From assembly GCA_964586835.1 (NCBI GenBank), contig CAZPIC010000006.1:17534-81533 (forward strand): a DNA stretch of 64,000 nucleotides, read 5' to 3'. The notes beneath the pieces are model-generated. The model saw only the letters and a list, made by a program, of their open reading frames with translations, made no database searches and was not told where the DNA came from. Source of the DNA: an uncultured Oscillospiraceae bacterium (GTDB lineage: Bacteria > Bacillota > Clostridia > Christensenellales > Aristaeellaceae). Both the position numbers and the translations under genes were made by a program. This document shows positions 47,157 to 57,758 of the stretch, piece by piece. Position 1 is the first letter of the stretch. Each line of letters starts with the position of its first letter.

Positions 47157-48277
47157 TGCTCTGACAAATCACGGATGGTGTCGACGGTGCCCGGGAAAAA
47201 TTCCTCTCCGGAGCGCAGAACATGCTCGCGCGTCCGCACCATGGAACACAGCGCAGCGCTTCGCAGATTCGTCCGCGACAGCGCGCGTATCTCCTGAAGG
47301 CCGGGGGTATCACGGCGAGAGGGTTCAATGACGTCGGCAACAAACACGCACAGTTCAAGCAGGGACATACCCACCCGTCCCGTTGTGTGAAACCTGATGG
47401 CATTGAGTATATCCTCATCCTGCACCCCATAGCAAACCCGCGCAAGATGAGCCCCCACCACGCTATGAAGCAACTTGCCGCTGCGAAGAATATGGCTGTC
47501 CTCTGTCAGGCCTTCCTGTCTGGCGATGGCCTGCAGACGGCGGAGGTCCAGGCATTTGGCGCAATCATGGAGTAACCCTGCAACGGCAGCTTTCTGCATG
47601 GAAGCGCCAAACCTCGCTGCCAGAATGACCGCTGTGTCACGGGTCCCCAGCGAATGGATCATTCGCTTCTCGTCCAGAGCGCTCCGGAGCATTTGCTCAT
47701 AGGGAGGATGGTAGAGGCCCTGCATTGCGATGAACCTGGATACGGACCCAGGCACCCTGTCCAGAGCATCGTTCAGAGCAGCGATCGCTTTCCTGACTTC
47801 TCCCTCAGCGATATCCCTTCCCGGCGCAGGGAGCTGCTGAGCGGGCACACCAAGGGCTTGCGCCCTGGCAACCACGATCGCGGCGTCCTCTCCCGGCTCC
47901 GGAAAGATCAAAAACCCGTCGCAGGCCGCGGGATCCAGCAAAGCTCCACCGCAAAAAATGGGGCCGGAGCGGCTGGCTCCCAGGATCACCAGAAGCATTT
48001 CTCCCGGGAATGCCTGGCGGAGGGAAGGCTGACCGTCACCTGAGAGCAGCTGAAATTCTTCTTCGCCGATTATTTCCACGTTCCGCTGCTCCTGCGCAGC
48101 CAGGGCAGCCATCCTTTTCCGACTGGCCAGGTCTGCCACGGTCTTGCCGCCAGCATCGCTGTCGGGGAAAAAAACCACCCGATCCACCAGGCCCAAGTCC
48201 ATGACCTGCGTGGCCATGCAAAGATGGCCCAGATGGGCGGGGTCAAACGCCCCGATCAAGAGGCCCGTCCGCTTCAA
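47153..48277 (-). CDS. fusion of a NadD-like nucleotidyltransferase domain and a YqeK-type HD phosphohydrolase domain
   Basis: The N-terminus LLIGAFDPAHLGHLCMA is the GxFxPxHxGH motif. The C-terminal half has HSLGTRDTA...LLHDCAK...H (HD domain as in YqeK). 374 aa in one ORF. Confidence 0.8.
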   Translation of the reverse strand: MKRTGLLIGAFDPAHLGHLCMATQVMDLGLVDRVVFFPDSDAGGKTVADLASRKRMAALAAQEQRNVEIIGEEEFQLLSGDGQPSLRQAFPGEMLLVILGASRSGPIFCGGALLDPAACDGFLIFPEPGEDAAIVVARAQALGVPAQQLPAPGRDIAEGEVRKAIAALNDALDRVPGSVSRFIAMQGLYHPPYEQMLRSALDEKRMIHSLGTRDTAVILAARFGASMQKAAVAGLLHDCAKCLDLRRLQAIARQEGLTEDSHILRSGKLLHSVVGAHLARVCYGVQDEDILNAIRFHTTGRVGMSLLELCVFVADVIEPSRRDTPGLQEIRALSRTNLRSAALCSMVRTREHVLRSGEEFFPGTVDTIRDLSEH

Positions 48278-48364
48278 GCCATCATCCCCTGCGTCACTGC
48301 TTTGTTCTTGATACAGACCCTCCGGTTTGGTTGGCCCGCTGGGCAGGCGCGGTCCCGAAGAGAC

Positions 48365-48388
48365 AAAAAAAGGCAGGCCAAGCCTGCC
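48365..48388 (-). terminator. rho-independent terminator after rplQ
   Basis: Minus strand reads GGCAGGC-TTG-GCCTGCC followed by TTTTTTTG, 17 nt downstream of the rplQ stop. Confidence 0.85.
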
Positions 48389-48405
48389 GTCTCAGCGATC
48401 CATCC

Positions 48406-48918
48406 TCAAACCATCTCAATGATACACATTTCCGCTGCATCGCCGCGCCGGGGACCAAGCTTATAGATCCGGGTATAGCCTCCGGCATTTCCCTGCTTTT
48501 CATTGCGCGCGCGGTACCGCGGACCGTATTCGCGAAACATCTTTTCAATCAAAGGATGCCGATTGTCCTTCGTGCGTTCCCGGTACTCCGACTTCGACTC
48601 GTCGGGCTTCCTGATCTCCTTGAAATCGTACAGCCAGGCCATCATCAGCCTGCGGGCGTGCAGTTTAGACGGCGCGTCATTGACGACGTCTAAGACGACG
48701 ATCTGCCCCTTCTCGTTGTGAAATTCCTTTTTCGCATCCACGCTCTGATCGTATTCGCGGATGGCGAGGGTCACCATCTTTTCCGTCATGCTGCGGACTT
48801 CCTTCGCCCGGGCAAGGGTGGTTGTAATACGGCCGTGCCATAATAGGCTGCTCACCTGGTTTCGCAACAGCGCTTTGCGCTGGTCGCTGGTCATGCCAAG
48901 CTTTCTCTGGGTTGCCAT
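48406..48918 (-). CDS. rplQ: 50S ribosomal protein L17 (long form with insertions)
   Basis: RKLGMTSDQRKALLRNQ, TTLARAKEVR, GGYTRIYKLGPRRGDAAEMCIIEMV. 170 aa. Confidence 0.95.
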   Translation of the reverse strand: MATQRKLGMTSDQRKALLRNQVSSLLWHGRITTTLARAKEVRSMTEKMVTLAIREYDQSVDAKKEFHNEKGQIVVLDVVNDAPSKLHARRLMMAWLYDFKEIRKPDESKSEYRERTKDNRHPLIEKMFREYGPRYRARNEKQGNAGGYTRIYKLGPRRGDAAEMCIIEMV

Positions 48919-48954
48919 GTGGGTCCGGTCCTCCTTCGCGCGCTGCGGGAGCGG

Positions 48955-49896
48955 TTATTCTTCAGACTGGCGCAATGCTAAGCCAAGCAACGCCAGCTTC
49001 TGCTCGACTTCTTCAAGGCTTTTCTTTCCAAGATTGCGCACCTTCATCATCTCTTCCTGGTTTTTCTGCACCAGTTCGCCCACCGTGTTGATTCCGGCAC
49101 GTTTGAGACAATTGAAAGCGCGGACGGAAAGATCCAGCTCTTCAATTGTCATGTCCATATTCTTCACACTCCCCACATCGTCGGGCTCGGGGAGATCGGC
49201 CTCGTGGGCGCGCTCGGTCAGGCCGGTGAAGAGCGCAAGCTGTTCCGTCAGATAGCGGGCAGCCATCCCAATCACCTCTTCCGGGGAGTAGCTTCCGCTG
49301 GTTTCCACCTCCAGGATCAGCTTATCATAGTCCGTGATCTGGCCGACGCGCGTGTCCTCGACCTCATACTTCACCTTCCTGATTGGCGTGAAGATGGAGT
49401 CAACAGGGATCAGCCCGATGGGCATCGGATTGGGTTTGTTCTTGTCCGCAGACACATAGCCGCGCCCCTTACTGATGGTCATGCGCATATGAAGGCGGGC
49501 ATCTTTTCCCAGCGAGGCAATATGGAGCTCCGGGTTAACAATTTCAACCTCGCTGTCCGCCCTGATATCAGCAGCTGTCACCTCGCAGGGACCGATTGCG
49601 TCGATCTCCACGGTCTTGGGCTCATCGGTAAACGAGCGTACCGTGAGTTCCTTCAGGTTGAGGATGATCTCCGTCACATCCTCCTTCACGCCGGGGATGG
49701 TGGAAAACTCATGCTGGACACCCTCTATCGTGACGCTGGTCACCGCAGCTCCATCCAGCGATCCCAGCAGCACACGCCTTAACGCGTTGCCCAGTGTATG
49801 GCCGAAGCCGCGCTCCAATGGTTCTACGACAAAACGACCTGAAAAATCCTTCTCCCTTGTAAACTCTATTCGTGGATTGTCAATACCAGCATTCAC
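48955..49896 (-). CDS. rpoA: DNA-directed RNA polymerase subunit alpha
   Basis: [13 protein letters not shown], and a C-terminal domain with [23 protein letters not shown]. The GTG at 49896 lies 8 nt after GAGGAGGG and is preferred over the TTG at 49917. Confidence 0.95.
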   Translation of the reverse strand: MNAGIDNPRIEFTREKDFSGRFVVEPLERGFGHTLGNALRRVLLGSLDGAAVTSVTIEGVQHEFSTIPGVKEDVTEIILNLKELTVRSFTDEPKTVEIDAIGPCEVTAADIRADSEVEIVNPELHIASLGKDARLHMRMTISKGRGYVSADKNKPNPMPIGLIPVDSIFTPIRKVKYEVEDTRVGQITDYDKLILEVETSGSYSPEEVIGMAARYLTEQLALFTGLTERAHEADLPEPDDVGSVKNMDMTIEELDLSVRAFNCLKRAGINTVGELVQKNQEEMMKVRNLGKKSLEEVEQKLALLGLALRQSEE

Positions 49897-49950
49897 AGCC
49901 TGAGCCCTCCTCAACAAGCATCGCCAGAACGGCTGAACCCACCGTCCTCA

Positions 49951-50577
49951 TCAGCGGGAGTAGAACTCGACGATCATGTTCTCCTGCAGGGCAAAATCGA
50001 TGTCTTCGCGTGCGGGGAGAGCGGCAACGGAGGCTGTGAGCTCGTCAGCGTTGAAGGAGAGCCATTTGGGCAAAATGCGGGCGCTGCCCTCTCTGACCAC
50101 CTTGAAGTGTTCCATCTCTCTGCTGCGAGTCTTCACTGTCACCACGTCGTTCAGGTCGACGCGGTAGGAGGGAATATCCACCTTCTTCCCGTTGACGAGG
50201 AAGTGCCCGTGATTGACCAGCTGACGGGCTGCAGGGCGCGACGAGGCCAGTCCTGCCCGGTATACGACGTTGTCAAGCCTGCGTTCAAGGAGTTGCAGCA
50301 GATTCTCTCCCGTGACGCCCTTCATGACCGTCGCATTTTCATAGGTACGCCTGAACTGCGATTCCGTAAGGCCGTACGCACGGCGGGCCTTCTGTTTTTC
50401 TCTCAGCTGGGTCCCGTACTCGCTCATCTTGCGCTGGCGTGCGCGCCCATGCTGTCCCGGAGGCGTCGGCCGCTTGCTGACCGCGCACTTATGAGAAAAG
50501 CACTTCTCCCCCTTGAGAAACAGTTTCACGCCTTCTCTACGACAGAGACGGCATACGGAATCAGTATATCTTGCCAT
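49951..50577 (-). CDS. rpsD: 30S ribosomal protein S4
   Basis: [17 protein letters not shown]4 domain [11 protein letters not shown]. 208 aa. Confidence 0.97.
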   Translation of the reverse strand: MARYTDSVCRLCRREGVKLFLKGEKCFSHKCAVSKRPTPPGQHGRARQRKMSEYGTQLREKQKARRAYGLTESQFRRTYENATVMKGVTGENLLQLLERRLDNVVYRAGLASSRPAARQLVNHGHFLVNGKKVDIPSYRVDLNDVVTVKTRSREMEHFKVVREGSARILPKWLSFNADELTASVAALPAREDIDFALQENMIVEFYSR

Positions 50578-50593
50578 GGATGATCCTCCTCCA

Positions 50594-50995
50594 TTATACC
50601 CTTCTGCGCTTCGGTGGCCGGCAACCGTTATGCGGGATCGGGGTCACGTCCTTGATCATGGTCACCTCAAGGCCGGCAGTCTGAAGGGAACGAATGGCCG
50701 CTTCCCTGCCGGAACCCGGGCCCCTGACGAAAACGTCCACGGTACGCAGGCCAAACTCAGTCGCGGCCCTTGCCGCAGTCTCCGCTGCCATCTGCGCTGC
50801 GAATGGGGTCGATTTCTTGTTGCCACGAAAACCCATCCCGCCGGACGACGCCCAGCTAAGGGCGTTGCCCGCTGTATCGGTGATGGTGACAATGGTGTTG
50901 TTAAAGGACGACTTGATATGAACGACGCCGCGCTCCACCAGTTTCTTCTCGCGGCGCTTGCGTGATACTCTCTTCAGACTTGCCTTGGCTGCCAT
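50594..50995 (-). CDS. rpsK: 30S ribosomal protein S11
   Basis: [29 protein letters not shown]. 133 aa. Confidence 0.97.
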   Translation of the reverse strand: MAAKASLKRVSRKRREKKLVERGVVHIKSSFNNTIVTITDTAGNALSWASSGGMGFRGNKKSTPFAAQMAAETAARAATEFGLRTVDVFVRGPGSGREAAIRSLQTAGLEVTMIKDVTPIPHNGCRPPKRRRV

Positions 50996-51056
50996 ACGTT
51001 ATCTCCTTCGCGCCCGCATGCCCGGGCCCGGCGCAGCATTCATCGCTTGTTTGTCT

Positions 51057-51440
51057 TTATCTTCCTGACGGCGCCCGCTTTTTGCCGGCCACCTGTCTCT
51101 TGGGCCCCTTGCGCGTGCGCGCGTTTTGTTTCGTATTCTGCCCGCGCACCGGGAGGCTCCTGCGGTGACGGACCCCCCTGTAGCATCCGATCTCGACCAG
51201 ACGCTTGATATTGAGCGAGATCTCCCTGCGCAGATCACCCTCAGCCTTCACATGGTGTTCGATGTATTCGCGCAGCTTGCTGATATCTGTTTCGGTAAGA
51301 TCCTTTACGCGGGTATCCGGGCTGATCTGTGTTTCAGTCAATATCTTCCGGGATGTAGCCGGCCCGATACCAAAGATATAGGTCAGGCCAACTTCCACGC
51401 GTTTCCCTCGGGGCAGGTCAACACCCGCAATTCGTGCCAT
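51057..51440 (-). CDS. rpsM: 30S ribosomal protein S13
   Basis: [26 protein letters not shown]. 127 aa. Confidence 0.97.
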   Translation of the reverse strand: MARIAGVDLPRGKRVEVGLTYIFGIGPATSRKILTETQISPDTRVKDLTETDISKLREYIEHHVKAEGDLRREISLNIKRLVEIGCYRGVRHRRSLPVRGQNTKQNARTRKGPKRQVAGKKRAPSGR

Positions 51441-51555
51441 GCTGTGGTCACACCTCCAAATCGATTCTGCCGGACGCCTCCAAGGGTGAGGGGCGTACAG
51501 GTTCTATGCGCAAACCGCGACAAGTGGGTATCTCAGCATCCGGGCGCATCCGGAT

Positions 51556-51669
51556 TCATCCCTGTCTTTGCTTGTGCTTGGGATTTGCACAGATCACCAT
51601 GACAATACCCCTGCGCCTGATGATCTTGCATTTTTCACAGATGGTCTTTACCGATGGGCGGACTTTCAT
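51556..51669 (-). CDS. rpmJ: 50S ribosomal protein L36
   Basis: Not in the ORF track (37 aa). My translation is [45 protein letters not shown] upstream. Confidence 0.93.
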   Translation of the reverse strand: MKVRPSVKTICEKCKIIRRRGIVMVICANPKHKQRQG

Positions 51670-51707
51670 GCAGAACCTCCTGAAAACGATCGATGGAACA
51701 GGGGCGC

Positions 51708-51929
51708 TCAGGTCTTGCTGCGCCAGGTGATTCGGCCGCGCGTAAGGTCATAAGGGGAAAGCTCGATGGTCACCCTATCGCCGGGATAGATCCGGATGAA
51801 GTTCATCCTCATTTTTCCGGAGATATGCGCCATAATGCGGTGACCGTTGGGTAATTCAACGGAGAACATCGCGTTTGGCAACGCTTCGACGACCCTTCCC
51901 TCAATCTCTATAATATCGCTTTTGGACAA
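51708..51929 (-). CDS. infA: translation initiation factor IF-1
   Basis: [29 protein letters not shown]...[12 protein letters not shown]. The TTG at 51929 lies 7 nt after GAAGGAGGG and is preferred over the GTG at 51935. Confidence 0.93.
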   Translation of the reverse strand: MSKSDIIEIEGRVVEALPNAMFSVELPNGHRIMAHISGKMRMNFIRIYPGDRVTIELSPYDLTRGRITWRSKT

Positions 51930-52240
51930 ACGCACGGCCCTCCTTCGTCGGCAACTCTGTCAGTCTGTTTTCTCTCCTCAATCGCCCGCAGGATGGCCTT
52001 TCGAAGGTCGCTGTCGTTCAGCCTTCCGGTATCAAGGAGCGTGATGATGTCAGCGAGCTCGTATCCGATGGGCCGGAGGTGCTTCCTGCGCTTTTTCTTC
52101 GGCCGTTCCAGCTTTCGCAGATCTCCGTCGCAGATCATGACAAAATCAGCGTCCACCTCATATAATACCACAAACACCCTGTCTTTGTCACGACCTTTTT
52201 TCGAAACCGCAAGGATCCCCTTGCGTAAAGCAGGTTTCAC
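51908..52240 (-). CDS. KOW-domain RNA-binding protein (conserved between map and infA in Clostridia)
   Basis: 110 aa. The GTG start directly follows the map stop. [18 protein letters not shown] matches the KOW-like G.IV.S.AGRDKG pattern. The position is typical. Confidence 0.75.
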   Translation of the reverse strand: MKPALRKGILAVSKKGRDKDRVFVVLYEVDADFVMICDGDLRKLERPKKKRRKHLRPIGYELADIITLLDTGRLNDSDLRKAILRAIEERKQTDRVADEGGPCVCPKAIL

Positions 52241-53038
52241 TCAGGCCCCCGCATCCGCGCCGGATCCATCCTGAGGCGCAAAGCTGTAGCCGGGCAGCGT
52301 GAGAATCTCGGGCAGGCCTTCCGTAATCGCGATGGTATGCTCGTAATGGGAGCAGGGGGACCGGTCACGGGTCACAACCGTCCAACCATCCTCTTTCTCA
52401 AACACCTGCCAGGCCCCCAGGGAGATCATGGGCTCTACAGCCAGGGTCATACCGCGCCGCAGCCTTAGGCCGCGGCCAGGCTCCCCAACATTGGGCACGG
52501 AGGGGTCTTCATGCAGCTCTCTCCCGATACCGTGTCCCGTCAATGCCCGGATGACCCCATAGCCGTGCTGCTCGGCCAGGCGCTGCACAGCGTGGCCGAT
52601 GTCCCCGATTCTGTTTCCTTCGACAGCGGCCCTGGCTGCTGAGAAAAAGCAGGCTTCCGTCACTTGAATCAGGCGCTGCAGTTCAGGCCTGATCTCTCCA
52701 ACTCCCAGGGTAAAGGCGCTGTCAGCATGCCACCCATCCAGGATCAATCCGCAGTCAACGCTGACAAGGCTCCCTTCCCTAAAATAGACCTCCGGCGACG
52801 GGATGCCGTGCACCACCTCACTGTCGATGGAAACACAGATGGAAGCAGGGTATCCGCGGTAATTGAGAAAGGAGGGGGTCGCTCCCGCCTGGCGGATCAT
52901 CTCTTCCGCGCACGCGTTTACGGCAGCGGTCGAGACACCCACTCGAATCTCATCCCGGATCCGACCCATGACTCCGTGGAGGAGGTGTCCGGCCCTTCTC
53001 ATTCCCGCGATCTGCGCGTCGCTCTTGATCGTGGTCAT
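52241..53038 (-). CDS. map: type I methionine aminopeptidase
   Basis: VCHGIP-like (EVVHGIPS), DCGLILDGWHADSA, GHGIGRELHE, LAVEPM, HYEHTI. Confidence 0.95.
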   Translation of the reverse strand: MTTIKSDAQIAGMRRAGHLLHGVMGRIRDEIRVGVSTAAVNACAEEMIRQAGATPSFLNYRGYPASICVSIDSEVVHGIPSPEVYFREGSLVSVDCGLILDGWHADSAFTLGVGEIRPELQRLIQVTEACFFSAARAAVEGNRIGDIGHAVQRLAEQHGYGVIRALTGHGIGRELHEDPSVPNVGEPGRGLRLRRGMTLAVEPMISLGAWQVFEKEDGWTVVTRDRSPCSHYEHTIAITEGLPEILTLPGYSFAPQDGSGADAGA

Positions 53039-53667
53039 TTCTGCTTGATCCCCAGCGCCTCAAGTACTCCTTGAAAGTTATCTTCCAGCTCTCCCAGAGC
53101 CGAAACCGTTGTGAGAAGTCCCTTCCCGCGATAATAGCTGATCAGGGGTTCTGTCTGTGCGCGGTACACCCTCAGCCTGTTGCGAATGGTCTCCGGCCGG
53201 TCATCCTCCCGGATGACCAGTTCTGCGCCGCATACGGGGCAGGTCAGCGGATCTGCCAGCGTACTGCGGCGAAAAACCCCGCCACAGACCGGACAGATTC
53301 TCCTCCCAGAGAGCCTTTCCATGATCACCTCATCGGGCAATTCCAGGTTGAGCACGGCATCCACCTGGATGATCTCATCCAGGGCTTCAGCCTGTGCCAG
53401 CGTCCGTGGAAACCCGTCCAGGATGAACCCGCCCTCGCAGTCGGGCTGCGCTATTCTTTCGCGCACCATCTCCACCACAACCTCATCCGGCACTAAAAGT
53501 CCGGCATCGATATAGCACCGCGCCTCCCTCCCGAGCGCTGTTCCCTCCCGCATGGCGGCGCGCAACATGTTCCCCGTGGAAATCTGCGGGATAGACAAGA
53601 GCTCCATCAACCTCAATGCACGGGTTCCCTTGCCCGCACCTGGGGGGCCAAGGATCACAAGCTTCAC
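53035..53667 (-). CDS. adk: adenylate kinase (zinc-lid type)
   Basis: P-loop LGPPGAGKGT, FILDGFPRT, and lid CPVCGG...CPVCG. Confidence 0.96.
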   Translation of the reverse strand: MKLVILGPPGAGKGTRALRLMELLSIPQISTGNMLRAAMREGTALGREARCYIDAGLLVPDEVVVEMVRERIAQPDCEGGFILDGFPRTLAQAEALDEIIQVDAVLNLELPDEVIMERLSGRRICPVCGGVFRRSTLADPLTCPVCGAELVIREDDRPETIRNRLRVYRAQTEPLISYYRGKGLLTTVSALGELEDNFQGVLEALGIKQK

Positions 53668-53708
53668 TGCGCCTCCCCTCCTGAGCTTTCCCGATCAGGA
53701 AGCCAGGC

Positions 53709-55007
53709 TCAAAGAAAACCCTTGTAGTTGCGCATCACCAGGTTGGCTTCGATCTGCCGTACCGTCTCCAGCGCCACGCTGACAGCGATCAGGATAGAGG
53801 AGGCAGCAAAGGGAATCTGCATGTTCTGCCAGACGGACAACACGGTAGGGAGCGTCGCCAGAAGGGCCAGAAACAGCGCGGAGAACAGCGTCAGCCTCTT
53901 GGAGATCCTGGCCAGGTAGTCCACCGTGTTCCTGCCCGACCGGATGCCAGGGATATTGCCGCCCTGCTGCTGAATGTTTTTAGCGATATCCTGAGGGTTG
54001 AAGCTGATGGAGGCGTAAAAATAGGTAAACGCAACGATTAGCAGGGCTGTGATGCCCAGGTAGAGGGGAGACCGCTGCTGCATGTAAGTGTTCCACCACT
54101 TATACACACCACTGGATGTCCCCATCATCGCGATCACCGTCCCTGGGAAAGCCATGAACGAATAAGCAAAGATCAGGGGCAGGACGCCGACGGACACAAT
54201 TTTCATCGGGATATGGGTCGATTGGCCGCCGTACATCTTGCGGCCCACTACGCGCTTTGCGTACTGCACAGGGATGCGCCTTTCCCCCATATCGATAAAG
54301 GTCACGATGGCAATGATCGCAAGCGCTGTCACGATGAGGATGAGAAACTGCACTACCGTCGTATTGTAGGCGGTGATGCCCAGCACATCGGTAAAGGCGG
54401 TCAGAAGGCCATTGAACAGGTTTGAGATAATCCCCGCGAAGATCAGGAGCGAGATGCCGTTGCCAATGCCGTTTTGGGTGACGCGCTCACCGATCCACAT
54501 GGCCAGTGAGGTTCCCCCTGCCATGACCACGCCGATGGAGAGCAGCCCGAAAAAGTTGTTGTACGCTGGAAGGATCACCCTGTCTCCACTGCTTGTCGGA
54601 GAGGCATTCAGGCCGCCGATAATGCCGATGGACTGGACGGCTGCCAGGCCTACCGTAGCAAACCTTGTGATGCGGTTGATCTTCTCCTTCCCCTCTTCGC
54701 CGCCTTCCTTTTGCAGGCGCTCCAGGGCAGGAATGGCAATCGTCAGAAGCTGGAGAATGATGCTTGCGTTGATATAGGGCGTGATCCCCATGGCCATCAG
54801 CGTCATTTGGCTGAAGGAGTTACCTGTCATCATGTTCACAAGGCCCAGCAGGTCAAACTGGCCCGAAACCTCGCGCACCACACTTGCATTGATGCCCGGA
54901 ACCGGAATGACACTGACAAGACGGAACACCAGAAGCATCATGAAAGTGTACAGGATCTTCTTCTTCAGCTCCGGGACCTTCCACGCATTCCTGATCGTTT
55001 CCCACAT
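53709..55007 (-). CDS. secY: preprotein translocase subunit SecY
   Basis: Start MWETIRNAWKVPELKKKILYT at 55007, directly after the rplO stop. 10-TM protein with GITPYINASII and the ending MRNYKGFL. Confidence 0.95.
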   Translation of the reverse strand: MWETIRNAWKVPELKKKILYTFMMLLVFRLVSVIPVPGINASVVREVSGQFDLLGLVNMMTGNSFSQMTLMAMGITPYINASIILQLLTIAIPALERLQKEGGEEGKEKINRITRFATVGLAAVQSIGIIGGLNASPTSSGDRVILPAYNNFFGLLSIGVVMAGGTSLAMWIGERVTQNGIGNGISLLIFAGIISNLFNGLLTAFTDVLGITAYNTTVVQFLILIVTALAIIAIVTFIDMGERRIPVQYAKRVVGRKMYGGQSTHIPMKIVSVGVLPLIFAYSFMAFPGTVIAMMGTSSGVYKWWNTYMQQRSPLYLGITALLIVAFTYFYASISFNPQDIAKNIQQQGGNIPGIRSGRNTVDYLARISKRLTLFSALFLALLATLPTVLSVWQNMQIPFAASSILIAVSVALETVRQIEANLVMRNYKGFL

Positions 55008-55008
55008 C

Positions 55009-55449
55009 CTACAGCACCTCCGCCTTCCCGCCGACAGCCTCGATCTTCTCTTTGGCGGAAGCGGTAAACTTGTCGGCACGGACCGTCAGTTTCTTGGTGA
55101 GTTCCCCGTTGCCGAGGATCTTGACGCCACTTCGAAGCTTCCTGACAAGGCCCGTCGCCTTGAGGAGTTCCACGGTCACGTTGGTATTTTCATCAAACGC
55201 TTCCAGGTCCGACACGTTCACGATGGCATATTCCTTTCTGAATATGTTCGTGAAGCCTCCTTTGGGAAGGCGCCTCGTCAAGGGCATCTGCCCGCCTTCG
55301 AAGCCCGGGGCTTTCCCGCCGCCAGACCTGGCCTTGGCACCCTTGTGTCCCTTGCCGCTGGTCTTTCCAAAGCCCGATCCAACACCGCGACCAAGGCGCT
55401 TACGAACGGCCGTGGAGCCGGGCGCGGGTCTTAACTCATGCAACTCCAT
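55009..55449 (-). CDS. rplO: 50S ribosomal protein L15
   Basis: [12 protein letters not shown]...[18 protein letters not shown]. 146 aa. Confidence 0.97.
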   Translation of the reverse strand: MELHELRPAPGSTAVRKRLGRGVGSGFGKTSGKGHKGAKARSGGGKAPGFEGGQMPLTRRLPKGGFTNIFRKEYAIVNVSDLEAFDENTNVTVELLKATGLVRKLRSGVKILGNGELTKKLTVRADKFTASAKEKIEAVGGKAEVL

Positions 55450-55460
55450 GGGCTTCCTCC

Positions 55461-55643
55461 TTAGTTGTCGATCTCTTCAACCTTGATCATGTGCCTCACC
55501 CTGAAGATCTGGCCGCGGACACAGGGATTGTCTTCTCGGACAACCGTCTGCCCGATCTTTCGAAGTCCAAGCGCTCTGACCGTGTCAATCTGCTTCTGAA
55601 GACTGGAGATAGGCGATCTGATCAACGTGACTTTCAACTTCAT
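55461..55643 (-). CDS. rpmD: 50S ribosomal protein L30
   Basis: [35 protein letters not shown]. 60 aa from the ATG at 55643. Confidence 0.95.
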   Translation of the reverse strand: MKLKVTLIRSPISSLQKQIDTVRALGLRKIGQTVVREDNPCVRGQIFRVRHMIKVEEIDN

Positions 55644-55653
55644 GTCTCTTTCC

Positions 55654-56154
55654 TCATCCCAGGATTTCTTCCACGGTCTTTCCGCGCATCCTGGCAACTT
55701 GTTCGGCAGAGCGGAGCAGCTTAAGGCCTTCGATGGTCGCCTTGACCGTGTTAATGGGATTGCTTGTCCCATAGCTCTTCGTGCGGACATCCTTGACCCC
55801 TGCCAGTTCTAAGACGGCTCTGGCCGCCCCTCCTGCGATCACGCCTGTCCCTTCTTGTGCGGGAAGCAAAATGACTTTTCCAGTCCCGAAATAACCCGTG
55901 ATCTGGTGTGGAATGGTTGTCCCGGCAAGGGGAACCGTTACAAGGTGTTTCTTCGCGTTCTCGACAGCCTTACGGATCGCCTCGGGGATCTCTGCTGCCT
56001 TTCCCATCCCGGCGCCGACACGACCGCTGCCGTCCCCGACGACCATCAGGGCTGAAAAGCGGAAATTACGCCCTCCCTTGACAACCTTCACGACGCGGTT
56101 GATCGCCACCAGCTTTTCCTTAAACTCACTGGACTGTTCGTCTCTGCGCTGCAT
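55654..56154 (-). CDS. rpsE: 30S ribosomal protein S5
   Basis: [24 protein letters not shown], and [18 protein letters not shown]. The ATG at 56154 lies 9 nt after GGAGGA. Confidence 0.96.
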   Translation of the reverse strand: MQRRDEQSSEFKEKLVAINRVVKVVKGGRNFRFSALMVVGDGSGRVGAGMGKAAEIPEAIRKAVENAKKHLVTVPLAGTTIPHQITGYFGTGKVILLPAQEGTGVIAGGAARAVLELAGVKDVRTKSYGTSNPINTVKATIEGLKLLRSAEQVARMRGKTVEEILG

Positions 56155-56171
56155 CTTGTGCATTCCTCCTG

Positions 56172-56540
56172 TCAAAACTTGAGCCCGGCTTCGCGGGCGC
56201 CTTCAGCCAGAGAGGCGACACGCCCAGTGTAAACATAGCCCCCGCGATCAAACACAACCTGGCTGATGCCGGCCTGAAGCGCGCGTTCCGCAACGGTTTT
56301 ACCTACCAGTTTCGACGCGGCCGTCTTGTCAAGCCCCGCGAGCCGTTCCTTGAGAGACGGGTCCATGGAAGAAGCGGATACGAGGGTCGTCCCCTTCGTG
56401 TCGTCTATGACCTGAGCGTAAATGAACCGATTGCTCCTAAACACATTCAGACGCGGCATGCCGGGTGTGCCGCCGATCTTTTTGCGGACGCGCGCATGCC
56501 GGACCAGCCGTAATTCGTTGCGATCGCGCTTGTTAAACAT
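56172..56540 (-). CDS. rplR: 50S ribosomal protein L18
   Basis: [11 protein letters not shown]...[28 protein letters not shown]. 122 aa. Confidence 0.97.
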   Translation of the reverse strand: MFNKRDRNELRLVRHARVRKKIGGTPGMPRLNVFRSNRFIYAQVIDDTKGTTLVSASSMDPSLKERLAGLDKTAASKLVGKTVAERALQAGISQVVFDRGGYVYTGRVASLAEGAREAGLKF

Positions 56541-56558
56541 CCGACGTCACTCCCCTTT

Positions 56559-57101
56559 CTATCTGTTGCCGGACTTGCCTTCCTTGCGGCGAATCTGTTC
56601 ATCCTTGTATCTGATGCCCTTCCCGAGATAGGGCTCGGGCTTCCTGGTAGCGCGTATGTCGGCAGCCAGGTTTCCCACAACCTGTTTGTCAATGCCGCTG
56701 ACCACGATCTGTGTCGGCGTGGGCGTCGCGAAACTGACGCCCTCCGGCGCCTTAAAAACCACCGGATGAGAGTATCCGACGCTCAGCGTCAGCACCCCGC
56801 CCTCTGACACAGCCCGGTAACCCGTGCCCACCAGTTCCAGCGTCTTTTCGAAACCACTTGTGACCCCGATCACCATGTTATGGATCAAAGAGCGATACAG
56901 ACCATGCATGGCTTTGTGGGGCTTCGCGTCGCTCGGGCGGTCAAACGTGAGCCATCCGTCCTCCTGCTTGAGGCTGATGTCCCGGTGCACAGCCTGGATG
57001 AGCTTGCCCCTGGGCCCGCTGACAACCACGGTATTATCCTCACCGACTGTCACTGTCACTTCCTGTGGCAGTTTGATCGGCAGCTTTCCGATGCGAGACA
57101 T
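56559..57101 (-). CDS. rplF: 50S ribosomal protein L6
   Basis: MSRIGKLPIKLP..V.V, and PEPYLGKGIRY. 180 aa. Confidence 0.97.
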   Translation of the reverse strand: MSRIGKLPIKLPQEVTVTVGEDNTVVVSGPRGKLIQAVHRDISLKQEDGWLTFDRPSDAKPHKAMHGLYRSLIHNMVIGVTSGFEKTLELVGTGYRAVSEGGVLTLSVGYSHPVVFKAPEGVSFATPTPTQIVVSGIDKQVVGNLAADIRATRKPEPYLGKGIRYKDEQIRRKEGKSGNR

Positions 57102-57126
57102 GCTTGTACCTCCAATGCCGAATCAT

Positions 57127-57528
57127 TCACCAGATATAGGCCAGCACTTCACCGCCCAGTTTATCCCCACGGGCTTTTTTATCCGTCATCAGCCCCCTGG
57201 ACGTAGAAATAATCGCGACGCCCAGTCCACCCAGCACCCTGGGCAGGTCCTCGCATTGGGCATAGATGCGCAGCCCCGGCTTGCTGATCCGTTTCAAGCC
57301 GGCAATGACCGGCTGTCCCTTTCCATCCATGTACTTCAGCGTGATCTTGATCCGCCCCTGGAGCCCGTCGTCAATCCTCTCAAACGCCTTGATATACCCT
57401 TCGTCCAGCAGGATGCGCGCGATGGCCCTTTTGATGTTGCTCGCGGGGATGACCACCGTATCATGCTTGGCGATCTGCGCGTTGCGGATGCGGGTCAGCA
57501 TGTCGGCGATGGGATCGTTCATTGCCAT
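57127..57528 (-). CDS. rpsH: 30S ribosomal protein S8
   Basis: [15 protein letters not shown], and the ending GGEVLAYIW. 133 aa. Confidence 0.97.
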   Translation of the reverse strand: MAMNDPIADMLTRIRNAQIAKHDTVVIPASNIKRAIARILLDEGYIKAFERIDDGLQGRIKITLKYMDGKGQPVIAGLKRISKPGLRIYAQCEDLPRVLGGLGVAIISTSRGLMTDKKARGDKLGGEVLAYIW

Positions 57529-57558
57529 GATATCTCCTCCTTCTGCGCGGCCCCGTTC

Positions 57559-57744
57559 TTACCAGCTTGCCTTGCGGACGCCAGGGATCTGACCCTTGTA
57601 GGCCAGTTCTCTGAAGCAAATACGGCAAACCCCATAGCGGCGCAGCACTGAATGCGGCCTTCCGCAAAGGCGGCAACGGGTATAGGCGCGGGTGGAATAC
57701 TTCGCGGGGCGCTTCTGTCTAACGATCTGACTGGTTTTTGCCAT
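57559..57744 (-). CDS. rpsN: 30S ribosomal protein S14, type Z (zinc-binding)
   Basis: 61 aa. [20 protein letters not shown] carries two CxxC pairs and ends in KASW. Confidence 0.96.
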   Translation of the reverse strand: MAKTSQIVRQKRPAKYSTRAYTRCRLCGRPHSVLRRYGVCRICFRELAYKGQIPGVRKASW

Positions 57745-57758
57745 GGTTCCGCCTTCCT

